Source of the DNA: Syntrophaceae bacterium UBA4767 | GTDB lineage: Bacteria > Desulfobacterota > Syntrophia > Syntrophales > UBA4767 | Assembly: GCA_002403385.1 (NCBI GenBank) | Contig: DHHR01000067.1 | Coordinates: 7,937 to 71,936, forward strand | Direction: 5' to 3' | Length of the DNA: 64,000 bases | Shown: positions 49,046-57,878 of the stretch, one piece after another | How the letters are laid out: the number at the start of each line of letters is the position of its first letter | How positions within the stretch are numbered: the stretch's first letter is position 1 | Position numbers and translations under genes: made by a program | Notes under the pieces: model-generated | Databases searched by the model: none | What the model was told of the DNA's origin: nothing | The model's input: only the letters and a program-made list of their open reading frames with translations

Positions 49046-51224
49046 ACCGGATTTCACTGCGATTGAATATGGAAAAGGGAATGTCCCGACTCTTTCGCTT
49101 GACGCCTGGCGCAAGCAGGCTGAAAAAGAAGCGGGAAGGACGCTGGAAGCGCTGTATTGGAAAACCGACGAGCAGATCGCCGTCAAACCTCTTTATATCA
49201 GAGAGGATTTGGATAAGGAAGAACACATCGGTTTTACGGCAGGGATTGAACCTTTCCTGCGGGGGCCGTATCCCACGATGTATGTGACAAGGCCATGGAC
49301 GGTTCGCCAGTACGCCGGTTTTTCGACGGCGGAGGAAAGCAATGCCTTTTATCGCCGCAATTTGGCGGCCGGTCAGAAGGGGCTTTCCATCGCTTTCGAT
49401 CTGGCAACCCATCGTGGCTATGATTCCGATAACCCCCGTGTCGTTGGCGATGTTGGAAAGGCGGGGGTGGCCATCGATTCGCTGTTGGACATGAAGATCC
49501 TCTTTGACGGCATTCCCCTCGATAAAATGTCCGTTTCCATGACCATGAACGGCGCCGTGCTCCCTGTGATGGCCTTTTACATTGTAGCCGCGGAAGAGCA
49601 GGGGGTCAAATTTCCCCAGCTCAACGGCACCATTCAAAATGACATCCTCAAAGAATACATGGTGCGCAATACTTACATCTATCCACCTTCGCCTTCCATG
49701 CGGATCATCGCCGATATTTTTGAGTTCACGTCCAAAAACATGCCGAAATATAACAATATCAGCATTTCCGGTTACCATATGGAGGAGGCGGGAGCGACAT
49801 CGGACCTCGAGCTGGCCTATACGCTGGCGGACGGATGGGAATATGTGAGGGCGGGAATTAAGGCGGGGATCGATATTGACGCCTTCGCTCCGAGGCTGTC
49901 CTTCTTTTTTGCCGTCGGCATGAATTATTTCATGGAAGTGGCCAAATTGCGGGCTGCCCGGCTGCTCTGGGCGAAGATCATCAAGCAGTTTAATCCCAAG
50001 GATTCCAGATCCCTGGCGCTGCGCACCCATTGCCAGACGTCGGGCTGGAGCCTAACGGAGCAGGATCCCTACAACAATGTGGCAAGAACCTGCGTGGAGG
50101 CCATGGCGGCAGCCATGGGACATACCCAATCGCTGCATACCAATTCTTTTGACGAAGCGTGTACATTGCCGACGGATTTTTCGGCGCGTATTTCCCGTAA
50201 TACCCAGCTCTATCTGCAGGATGAAACGGGCATGTGCGCCGTGGTGGATCCCTGGGGCGGGTCGTATTATGTGGAAGCGCTGACAGGCGCCCTCGCCCGC
50301 AGGGCGTGGCAGCATATACAGGAGGTCGAGTCGCTGGGCGGAATGGCCAAGGCCATCGAAACGGGCTTGCCTAAGATGCGTATAGAGGAAGCTGCCGCGC
50401 GTCGTCAGGCCCATATTGATTCCGGCAAGGAAGCCATCATCGGGGTCAACAAGTATCGTCTGGCCAAAGAAGAACCCCTGGAAATTTTGGAAATCGATAA
50501 CACGGCTGTTCGCACGGCTCAGATTAATCGCCTGGCAAAACTGCGCAAGGAACGGGACGAAGCGAAGGTGCGGGCAGCCCTCAATGCGATTACCAAGGCG
50601 GCGGAAACAGGCAAGGGAAATCTGTTGGCCCTTTCCATTGAAGCGGCCCGGGCGCGGGCGTCGTTGGGAGAAATTTCAGATGCCATGGAAAAGGTGTTCG
50701 GGCGCCATAAGGCCGTTATCCGATCCATCTCCGGTGTGTACAGCGCCGAATTCGGCGAGGAGGAAGACGTGGCGAAGGTCCGTAAGATGACGGATGAATT
50801 CGAAAAACATGAAGGACGCCGTCCCCGGATTATGATCGCGAAAATGGGACAGGATGGACACGACCGCGGCGCGAAAGTCATTGCCACGGCATTCGCGGAT
50901 ATGGGATTTGATGTGGATATCGGGCCCCTTTTCCAAACACCGGAAGAAACGGCTCAGCAGGCGGTGGAAAATGATGTCCATGTGATCGGCATGAGTTCTC
51001 TGGCCGCCGGCCACAAGACCCTCTTGCCAAAACTGGTGGAGGAACTAAAGCGACTCGGTCGGGAGGACATCCTGATTGTAGCAGGCGGTGTTATCCCCGC
51101 GCAGGATTATGAATATCTCAAAACAAATGGAGCGGCTGCGATTTTCGGTCCGGGAACGGTTATTCCTGTTGCCGCTCAGAAGGTTCTCGAGGAGATCAAC
51201 CGCCGCTTGACGGAAACACATTAA
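49035..51224 (+). CDS. mutB: methylmalonyl-CoA mutase catalytic alpha subunit
   Basis: 729 aa from ATG 49035 (AGGAG 9 nt upstream), overlapping mutA by 11 nt. Motifs [13 protein letters not shown] and [15 protein letters not shown]. The B12 motif is [12 protein letters not shown]. Confidence 0.95.
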   Translation: MANKPDFTAIEYGKGNVPTLSLDAWRKQAEKEAGRTLEALYWKTDEQIAVKPLYIREDLDKEEHIGFTAGIEPFLRGPYPTMYVTRPWTVRQYAGFSTAEESNAFYRRNLAAGQKGLSIAFDLATHRGYDSDNPRVVGDVGKAGVAIDSLLDMKILFDGIPLDKMSVSMTMNGAVLPVMAFYIVAAEEQGVKFPQLNGTIQNDILKEYMVRNTYIYPPSPSMRIIADIFEFTSKNMPKYNNISISGYHMEEAGATSDLELAYTLADGWEYVRAGIKAGIDIDAFAPRLSFFFAVGMNYFMEVAKLRAARLLWAKIIKQFNPKDSRSLALRTHCQTSGWSLTEQDPYNNVARTCVEAMAAAMGHTQSLHTNSFDEACTLPTDFSARISRNTQLYLQDETGMCAVVDPWGGSYYVEALTGALARRAWQHIQEVESLGGMAKAIETGLPKMRIEEAAARRQAHIDSGKEAIIGVNKYRLAKEEPLEILEIDNTAVRTAQINRLAKLRKERDEAKVRAALNAITKAAETGKGNLLALSIEAARARASLGEISDAMEKVFGRHKAVIRSISGVYSAEFGEEEDVAKVRKMTDEFEKHEGRRPRIMIAKMGQDGHDRGAKVIATAFADMGFDVDIGPLFQTPEETAQQAVENDVHVIGMSSLAAGHKTLLPKLVEELKRLGREDILIVAGGVIPAQDYEYLKTNGAAAIFGPGTVIPVAAQKVLEEINRRLTETH

Positions 51225-52361
51225 ATGATGACGCCTAAAAAGCAGAGGCCAGAATGGGCGCCGCTGGAAAGTGGTGACGCTTTTACCTCGTTTGTGATGG
51301 AGGGGGTGGAAGGCGGTCATGACGGTATGCCGGGGCAATCTACAAGAGGTTCTGCCAATGTTATCCGACCGGTGTATCGCCGGCTTTCCGTGGAAGATTA
51401 TGTCAAGGGAGTGTTGGCAGGAAATCGAACCATCCTGGCGCAGGCCATTACACTGATTGAAAGCAACGCGCCGGCTCACGTGGAAATGGCGCAGGAAGCG
51501 CTTAAGCAACTTTTGCCCCATACCGGCAGGGCTATGCGTGTGGGCATTACCGGTGTTCCGGGATCGGGGAAGAGCACCTTCATCGAAGCTCTGGGGTGTA
51601 TGCTTTGCGCTCAGGGGCATAAGGTAGCGGTTCTGGCGGTCGATCCGAGCAGCACCATTACTCGTGGCAGTATTTTAGGGGATAAGACGCGTATGGACGC
51701 CCTTTCCCGTAAAAAGCATGCTTTTATCCGCCCTTCTCCTTCGGGAGGAACGCTGGGAGGTGTCGCCCGTAAGAGCCAGGAAACCATGCTGGTTTGCGAG
51801 GCTGCCGGTTTTGATGTGGTTCTTATCGAGACGGTAGGCGTGGGTCAGAGCGAAGTCACCGTGCGGTCCATGGTGGATTTTTTTCTGTTGCTTGTGCTTA
51901 CGGGAGCCGGTGACGAATTGCAGGGCATAAAAAGAGGGGTCATGGAACTGGCCGATGCGTTGGTGATAAATAAGGCGGACGGGGACAACAGGCTTCGCGC
52001 TCAATCCACCAAGGCAGAGTATGACCGGATTTTGCACTATCTCCAGCCCGCGACGGAAGGTTGGATAACGCGCGCCTTTACCTGTTCGTCGCTGACAGGG
52101 GAAGGAGTGGAGGAGATTTGGGCTGTCATTGAGGATTTTCGGGAAAAGACGGTGAAATCAGGCGTGTTTTATGACAGAAGGCGGGCTCAGATCTTGGATT
52201 GGGTCTATACGATGGTTTGGGAGCACCTGCGGATAAGGTTTCTGAATCATCCGGGTGTTGCGGCAATTACCCCCAAGGTGGAGCAGGATGTTTTGAATGG
52301 GAAGCTTTCCGCGACGATGGCGGTCAGAGAGCTGATCGACACGTTTGAAAGGCAAAAATAA
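51225..52361 (+). CDS. meaB: methylmalonyl-CoA mutase-associated G-protein chaperone (MeaB/ArgK)
   Basis: P-loop GVPGSGKST, plus DPSS and the G4 motif INKADG. The N-terminus is about 50 aa longer than usual, so the start is uncertain. Confidence 0.9.
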   Translation: MMTPKKQRPEWAPLESGDAFTSFVMEGVEGGHDGMPGQSTRGSANVIRPVYRRLSVEDYVKGVLAGNRTILAQAITLIESNAPAHVEMAQEALKQLLPHTGRAMRVGITGVPGSGKSTFIEALGCMLCAQGHKVAVLAVDPSSTITRGSILGDKTRMDALSRKKHAFIRPSPSGGTLGGVARKSQETMLVCEAAGFDVVLIETVGVGQSEVTVRSMVDFFLLLVLTGAGDELQGIKRGVMELADALVINKADGDNRLRAQSTKAEYDRILHYLQPATEGWITRAFTCSSLTGEGVEEIWAVIEDFREKTVKSGVFYDRRRAQILDWVYTMVWEHLRIRFLNHPGVAAITPKVEQDVLNGKLSATMAVRELIDTFERQK

Positions 52362-52384
52362 TATTAATTCGAGAGGAATGTATC

Positions 52385-52789
52385 ATGAAAACACTGAAGG
52401 TTGACCACATTGGCATAGCAGTTCAAAGCATCGGGGAAGCATTGAAATTCTATTCTGATATCCTGGGCTTGAAATTGGCAGGAGAAGAAGTGGTTCAGGA
52501 ACAAAAGGTGAAAACGGCTTTTCTTCCCATCGGCGATACGGAGGTAGAGCTTCTGGAATCCACGGCGCCGGATGGGCCCATCGCAAAGTTCATCGAGAAG
52601 AAGGGGGAAGGAATTCAGCACATCGCCTTTTTGGTGGATAATATTGAAGAGGCCCTGAAAGAACTTGGAGAAAAAGGGGTCAAGATGATTGACCAGAAGC
52701 CGCGTATGGGCGCAGGTGAAAAACGCATCGCATTCCTTCACCCGAAAGATACCTACGGCGTTTTGGTGGAGCTGTGTGAGAAAAAATAA
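52385..52789 (+). CDS. mce: methylmalonyl-CoA epimerase (VOC superfamily)
   Basis: 134 aa with VDHIGIAV...EGIQHIAF...HPK motifs. Lies in the mutase operon. Confidence 0.9.
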   Translation: MKTLKVDHIGIAVQSIGEALKFYSDILGLKLAGEEVVQEQKVKTAFLPIGDTEVELLESTAPDGPIAKFIEKKGEGIQHIAFLVDNIEEALKELGEKGVKMIDQKPRMGAGEKRIAFLHPKDTYGVLVELCEKK

Positions 52790-52830
52790 CGGTTTGACAT
52801 TCCGTTCAAACAAATGAAGGAGAAACTTAA

Positions 52831-54384
52831 ATGAGCGAGAAACCCTTGAAGTTAAAGGAAATGGAGGAAATGGCTGCTCGTATTCGGGCCATGGGCGGCG
52901 AAAAACAGGTCAAAAAGCATCGTGAAGGTGGAAGGTTGACGGCCAGGGAAAGGCTCGATAAATTGTTTGATCCGGGATCGTTCAATGAAGTGGGTCTTTT
53001 TGTAAAGCACCGTGGCACCGGTCTTGGCATGGCAAATATGGATATTCCGGCGGACGGCGTCATCACGGGTTTTGGGACGGTGAATGGTCGCACGGCGCTT
53101 GCCTTTTCACAGGATTTTACCTCCCGCGCGGGAACCCTGGGAGAGATGCATGCCAAAAAAATCTGCAAGGTCATGGATCTATCCTTAAAAATGAAGGCGC
53201 CCCTTGTCGGATTTAACGATTCCGGCGGGGCACGTATTCAAGAAGGTGTGGATGCCCTAGGCGGTTACGGCGAGATATTTTTCAGAAATTCTTGTGCGTC
53301 AGGCGTTGTTCCACAGATTTCCGCCATTATGGGGCCGACGGCCGGAGGAGCAGTGTATTCTCCTGCCATGACGGATTGGGTGTTTATGGTCAAACAAACC
53401 TCCCGGATGTTCATCACGGGGCCTGATGTCATCAAGACGGTAACAGGAGAAGAGATTGATCCGGAATCTCTGGGCGGGGCCATGACCCACAACACGAAAA
53501 GCGGTGTGGCGCACTTTGCCTGTGAAAGCGACGCGGAAGCCGTCGAGCAGATCAAGGTGATGTTGAGCTACTTGCCGTCGAGCAACCTCGAAAAGCCTCC
53601 CTTTGTAGAGACGGGAGACGATCCGGCAAGGATGGATGAAAAGTTAGATACCATTGTGCCCGAAAATCCGAGAAGAATGTATGACATGAAGACGGTAATC
53701 CATTCCTTGGTGGACAACGGTGAATTTCTGGAGCCTCATGAACACTATGCACGTAATATAATTGTCTGTTTCGCGCGCATGGGAGGACGAGCAGTAGGAA
53801 TCATCGCCAATCAGCCGAAAGTTCTGGCCGGGTGTCTGGATGTCGATGCCTCCGATAAGGCGACGCGTTTTATCCGTTTCTGTGACGCTTTCAATATTCC
53901 CCTGCTGACCCTTACGGATGTCCCCGGCTACCTTCCAGGAAGCGATCAGGAATGGCGCGGGATTATCCGCCACGGGGCAAAGCTTTTGTGGTGTTATTCG
54001 GAAGCCACGGTGCCTAAGATAATGCTGGTTACCCGCAAGGATTACGGTGGTTCTTATCTGGCCATGTGCAGTCAGCATCTGGGGGCGGATATTGTTCTGG
54101 CGTGGCCGACAGCGGAAATCGCCGTGATGGGCGCCGAAGGCGCAGCCAACATTATCTTTCGTAAAGAGATCGAGGCGGCAGAAGATCCAGAGGCAAAGCG
54201 GGAAGAGAAGATCAAGGAGTACAGAGACCGTTTTTCGAACCCTTACATTGCAGCAGCGAGGGGTTTTGTGGATGAGGTTATTGCCCCCCGGGAAAGCCGG
54301 CCCAGAATCATTCACGCATTGAAAATGCTTGAAAACAAAGAGGAAAAACGCCCATATAAAAAGCATGGCAACATTCCCATGTAA
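52831..54384 (+). CDS. acyl-CoA carboxyltransferase (methylmalonyl-CoA carboxyltransferase 12S / propionyl-CoA carboxylase beta type)
   Basis: 517 aa with DSGGARIQEG and MGPTAGGAVYSPA motifs and a duplicated crotonase-like carboxyltransferase fold. Confidence 0.92.
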   Translation: MSEKPLKLKEMEEMAARIRAMGGEKQVKKHREGGRLTARERLDKLFDPGSFNEVGLFVKHRGTGLGMANMDIPADGVITGFGTVNGRTALAFSQDFTSRAGTLGEMHAKKICKVMDLSLKMKAPLVGFNDSGGARIQEGVDALGGYGEIFFRNSCASGVVPQISAIMGPTAGGAVYSPAMTDWVFMVKQTSRMFITGPDVIKTVTGEEIDPESLGGAMTHNTKSGVAHFACESDAEAVEQIKVMLSYLPSSNLEKPPFVETGDDPARMDEKLDTIVPENPRRMYDMKTVIHSLVDNGEFLEPHEHYARNIIVCFARMGGRAVGIIANQPKVLAGCLDVDASDKATRFIRFCDAFNIPLLTLTDVPGYLPGSDQEWRGIIRHGAKLLWCYSEATVPKIMLVTRKDYGGSYLAMCSQHLGADIVLAWPTAEIAVMGAEGAANIIFRKEIEAAEDPEAKREEKIKEYRDRFSNPYIAAARGFVDEVIAPRESRPRIIHALKMLENKEEKRPYKKHGNIPM

Positions 54385-54456
54385 TGGATTTATCCGGGTT
54401 ACGTTTTTTACCGGCTCGTCGTAAATAAATAGAGGAGGGGTGGCAAAGCTTTTCCC

Positions 54457-54486
54457 TTGACAGGAAGGGAGATAGCATTGTATGAA
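54457..54486 (+). promoter_or_regulatory. candidate promoter of the pyr leader
   Basis: TTGACA (54457-54462), 18-nt spacer, TATGAA (54481-54486). Confidence 0.3.
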
Positions 54487-54526
54487 CCAAACCCTATAAA
54501 CCCTATATAAATAGCGCGTAGAAATG

Positions 54527-54561
54527 TCCTTTTAATTTAGTCCGGAGAGATTGAAAAAGGA
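54527..54561 (+). promoter_or_regulatory. PyrR-binding anti-antiterminator hairpin (pyr leader)
   Basis: Upper stem TAGTC/GATTG closes the loop CGGAGA, and the lower stem is TCCTTTT/AAAAGGA. AGUCCGGAGAGAUUG compares with the PyrR binding-loop consensus AGUCCAGAGAGGCUG, with compensatory stem changes. Confidence 0.65.
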
Positions 54562-54596
54562 AAGGTAATATGAAGGTGCTTTTATAACGCAAACAG

Positions 54597-54636
54597 AGGC
54601 CTTCTCGAGCAGGGAAGGCCTTTTTCTTGGTTTTTT
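54597..54636 (+). terminator. intrinsic terminator (mcm operon end / pyr attenuator)
   Basis: AGGCCTTC-tcgagcagg-GAAGGCCT followed by TTTTCTTGGTTTTTT. Located 46 nt upstream of the pyrR ATG. Confidence 0.75.
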
Positions 54637-54681
54637 GTATCCCGTTTTGTTTAAAACTTGAAATATAAAGGGGAAGCGCGC

Positions 54682-55221
54682 ATGAAACAGAAAAAACAGG
54701 TCATGGATGCCGCAGGCATTGACAGGTCGCTGATCCGAATTGCTTACGAAATTCTGGAAAAAAATAAGGGTGCAAGCGAGCTGGTCCTTGTGGGAATCAG
54801 GACAGGCGGGGTTTTTTTAGCGGAACGTCTAAAAAAGAAAATTTCGAGTATTGAAGGCATTGACGTTCCCCTGGGGATTTTGGACATTACCTTTTATCGG
54901 GATGATTTTTCTACCGCAAAGCAAAAACCGCGTCCAGGCAAAACCGATATACCCTTTTCCCTGGACAATAAAAAAGTTGTTTTAGTGGATGATGTCCTTT
55001 TTACCGGCAGAACAATACGGGCGGCGATGGATGCTCTGATTGACTTTGGCAGGCCCAAGCTGATCCAGCTGGCCGTTCTCATTGACCGGGGACATCGGGA
55101 GCTTCCCATCAGGGCTGATTATGTGGGGAAAAATTTGCCCTCTTCATTGTGGGAAGCGGTCAGCGTTAATCTCGTGGAGAAGCAGCGTCAAGATGAAGTT
55201 GTTATAGAAGAGAGCGCTTAA
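54682..55221 (+). CDS. pyrR: bifunctional pyr operon regulator / uracil phosphoribosyltransferase PyrR
   Basis: 179 aa from ATG 54682. PRPP motif [17 protein letters not shown]. Confidence 0.93.
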   Translation: MKQKKQVMDAAGIDRSLIRIAYEILEKNKGASELVLVGIRTGGVFLAERLKKKISSIEGIDVPLGILDITFYRDDFSTAKQKPRPGKTDIPFSLDNKKVVLVDDVLFTGRTIRAAMDALIDFGRPKLIQLAVLIDRGHRELPIRADYVGKNLPSSLWEAVSVNLVEKQRQDEVVIEESA

Positions 55222-55268
55222 TTTTAAAAACCCCCAAAACCAAATTATTTTTTTAGGGGAGTTCGATT

Positions 55269-56192
55269 ATGAAGCTATCAAGAAAGGATATTTTGGGGAT
55301 AAAGGAACTGGGCGCCGACGAGATCAATCTGATTCTGGATACGGCAGAAACTTTCATAGAGGTTTCGACGAGAGAAATCAAGAAGCTCCCGACTCTGCGG
55401 GGGAGAACCATCATCAATCTGTTTCTCGAAGCTAGCACCCGAACAAGGACATCGTTCGAAATTGCGGGCAAGAGGCTCAGCGCGGACACCATCAACATTT
55501 CGTCTTCCACCAGCAGTATGGTAAAAGGGGAGACTCTTATTGATACCGCAAGGAATTTGGAAGCCATGAATCCTGATGTCATAGTCATTCGCCATCGATC
55601 GGCAGGCGCTCCTCATCTACTGGCAAGGATGGTGAAGCAACCCGTTATCAATGCCGGAGACGGGGCGCACGAACATCCCACTCAGGCTTTGCTCGACATG
55701 ATGACCATCCGGTCAAAGAAAGGAAAGATGGAAGGCCTTAAAGTGGCCATTGTTGGCGACATCGCTTACAGCCGTGTTGCGCGGTCTAATATTTATGGTT
55801 TGAGGAAAATGGGCGCTCATGTGGTCATCGCGGGGCCTGCGACCATGCTGCCGCGGGATATCGAACGGATGGGCGTAGCGGTTTACTGCCGTTTGGAAGA
55901 GGCGATAAAGGGTGCGGATATCATTATGATGCTTAGGATCCAGACGGAAAGGCAGCAGCAGAATATCTTCCCTTCCCTTCGAGAATACGCGAATTATTTC
56001 TGCCTGAACGGGGAAAATATCAAACTGGCAAAAGAGGATGTCTTGGTTATGCATCCTGGGCCGATCAACCGGGGAGTGGAAATATCGCCTGATGTAGCCG
56101 ATGGCCCGTATTCTGTCATTCTCGATCAGGTAACCAACGGTGTTGCGGTAAGAATGGCGCTCCTGTATCTGGTGACGGGAGGCGGGCAATGA
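55269..56192 (+). CDS. pyrB: aspartate carbamoyltransferase catalytic subunit
   Basis: 307 aa with [13 protein letters not shown] and HPGP motifs. Confidence 0.96.
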   Translation: MKLSRKDILGIKELGADEINLILDTAETFIEVSTREIKKLPTLRGRTIINLFLEASTRTRTSFEIAGKRLSADTINISSSTSSMVKGETLIDTARNLEAMNPDVIVIRHRSAGAPHLLARMVKQPVINAGDGAHEHPTQALLDMMTIRSKKGKMEGLKVAIVGDIAYSRVARSNIYGLRKMGAHVVIAGPATMLPRDIERMGVAVYCRLEEAIKGADIIMMLRIQTERQQQNIFPSLREYANYFCLNGENIKLAKEDVLVMHPGPINRGVEISPDVADGPYSVILDQVTNGVAVRMALLYLVTGGGQ

Positions 56193-57496
56193 GATTACTG
56201 CTTAAAGGGGGAAGGGTCATTGATCCTTCCCGTGATATGGATGATCAGATGGATGTTCTTGTTGAAAAGGGAAAGATTGCCAAGCTCGGGAAAAATATAT
56301 CTGACGACTCCCAGGGAGTGGGGGCAAAAGGGCAGAAAGGAGATCTGGAAATAATCAATGTTCAGGACTTGCTTGTCGTGCCGGGTTTGATTGACATACA
56401 CTGCCATCTTCGCGAACCTGGTTTTGAATACAAGGAAACAATCCAAACCGGTTCTGAAGCCGCCGCCGCCGGCGGCTTCACCTCTGTGGCCTGTATGGCC
56501 AACACCGATCCCGTGCACGACAACCGGTCGGTGACTGAATTTATCCGGCAGAAGGTTGCGCAGTCCGATCTGATTAATGTGTTCCCCGTGGCATCCATCA
56601 GTGTGGGGCTGCAAGGACAGATATTAACAGAATTTATCGACCTGAAAAATGCCGGAGCTGTTGCTTTTTCGGATGATGGCAAGCCGGTAATGAACAGCGC
56701 TCTCATGAGGAGGGCTCTGGAGTATGCCTATTCGATTGGCATGCCCGTTATTTCCCATTGTGAAGATGCTAACCTTTCAAACGAGGGGGTGATGAATGAA
56801 AGCTTTGTTGCAACAGAACTGGGTCTTAGCGGCATCCCTTCCGTTGCTGAGGAGATGATGGTTGCGAGGGATATCCTTCTTGCCCAGTACACTCGGACGG
56901 CCGTTCATCTCGCCCATGTCAGCACGGCGGGATCCGTTCAAATAATAAGGGACGCCAAGAACAGAGGTGTTAAGGTAACAGCGGAGACGGCGCCGCACTA
57001 TTTCACCCTGACGGAGGAGTTCCTGCGGGACTACAATCCGAATATGAAAGTCAATCCGCCCCTCAGAAGCTCCGAAGACCGTGAGGCGCTTAAACAGGGA
57101 CTGAGAGATGGGACGATTGACGTCATCGCGACGGATCACGCGCCGCATGCCCGGACGGACAAGGAAGTGGAATTTGAATATGCGGCAAGCGGGATTGTCG
57201 GGCTGGAAACCTCTCTTCCCTTGAGCTTAAGGCTCGTTGAGGAAGGCGTTGTGACATGGAAGCAATTGATCGCAATGATGAGCTTCAATCCGGCCAGAAT
57301 TCTCAAAATTCCGAAGGGAACATTAAAAGCAGGAGCAGATGCGGATATTACGGTGGTTGACTTGAATAAAAAATGGACCGTCAGCCGTGACACGTTGCAT
57401 TCGCGAAGCAAGAACACGCCTTTTGACGGATGGGAAATGAAGGGAAAGGCGGTTCTCACGGTGGTTGGCGGGAAGATAAAGCATCGGGAACTATGA
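56189..57496 (+). CDS. pyrC: dihydroorotase
   Basis: 435 aa with [10 protein letters not shown] and ATDHAPH motifs. Overlaps pyrB by 4 nt. Confidence 0.95.
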   Translation: MRLLLKGGRVIDPSRDMDDQMDVLVEKGKIAKLGKNISDDSQGVGAKGQKGDLEIINVQDLLVVPGLIDIHCHLREPGFEYKETIQTGSEAAAAGGFTSVACMANTDPVHDNRSVTEFIRQKVAQSDLINVFPVASISVGLQGQILTEFIDLKNAGAVAFSDDGKPVMNSALMRRALEYAYSIGMPVISHCEDANLSNEGVMNESFVATELGLSGIPSVAEEMMVARDILLAQYTRTAVHLAHVSTAGSVQIIRDAKNRGVKVTAETAPHYFTLTEEFLRDYNPNMKVNPPLRSSEDREALKQGLRDGTIDVIATDHAPHARTDKEVEFEYAASGIVGLETSLPLSLRLVEEGVVTWKQLIAMMSFNPARILKIPKGTLKAGADADITVVDLNKKWTVSRDTLHSRSKNTPFDGWEMKGKAVLTVVGGKIKHREL

Positions 57497-57558
57497 GGCG
57501 TGGAGCCCCAAGAAATCTTTGCTCCACCCGGCGCAAAAACAAATTTCATAGACATTAA

Positions 57559-57731
57559 GAGACCTTTGAATTTGTGATTAAATCGCCTTGCCGTCATTCC
57601 GTGCTTGACTTGAGCCTGCCCCGTACTCGATACGGGGGAATCCAGTGTTTTCAAGCCGTTATAGATTCCGCCCCGATTTTCATCGGGGTGACGCGTCGGA
57701 ATGACGTGAGAGGCCGTTTTTCAAAGGTCTC
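57559..57731. repeat. composite ~173-bp palindromic element (two inverted ~85-nt units, MITE-like)
   Basis: Outer arms GAGACCTTTGAA (57559-57570) and TTCAAAGGTCTC (57720-57731). Inner arms CGTCATTCCG (57592-57601) and CGGAATGACG (57697-57706). Each half carries its own CCCCG-N8/9-CGGGG hairpin. Confidence 0.75.
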
Positions 57732-57741
57732 ATTAAATAAT

Positions 57742-57877
57742 GACAAAATCGTAAAAAGTCAAAATTCGCGGGTTTTGTCATGGTGAGCCTGTCGAACCAT
57801 GACGTAATATCAATTATTTATGTTCACCCTTCGACAGTCTCAGGGTGACAATTGGGACCTTTTACGAGACCATCAAT
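57742..57877. repeat. intergenic repeat, copy C (expanded version of copy B)
   Basis: Same 47-nt and 39-nt modules as 43121-43217, with an internal insertion carrying GTCATGGTgagcctgtcgaACCATGAC and CCTTCGACAGTCTCAGGGTGAC hairpin units. Confidence 0.8.
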
Positions 57878-57878
57878 A

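Noticed and set aside
47043-50030. Long minus-strand ORFs (233 aa at 47043-47744, 354 aa at 48966-50030, and others) within the mutase genes
   Set aside because: Shadow ORFs in GC-rich coding sequence. The plus-strand mutase frames carry all the conserved motifs.
57500-57527. Hairpin GTGGAGC-N14-GCTCCAC after pyrC as an intrinsic terminator
   Set aside because: There is no U-tract after the stem, so the evidence for a terminator is weak. It may still stabilise the pyr mRNA 3' end.
57574-57786. 70-aa plus-strand ORF in the pyrC / MgtE-N spacer
   Set aside because: It reads straight through the composite palindrome and repeat copy C. The translation (…RRNDV…) is the typical pseudo-protein of such repeats.
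23374-57877. Whether the recurring palindromic repeats could be a CRISPR array
   Set aside because: The copies are single or paired, tens of kb apart, and internally palindromic with variable structure. There is no regular repeat-spacer periodicity, and there are no cas genes in the window.
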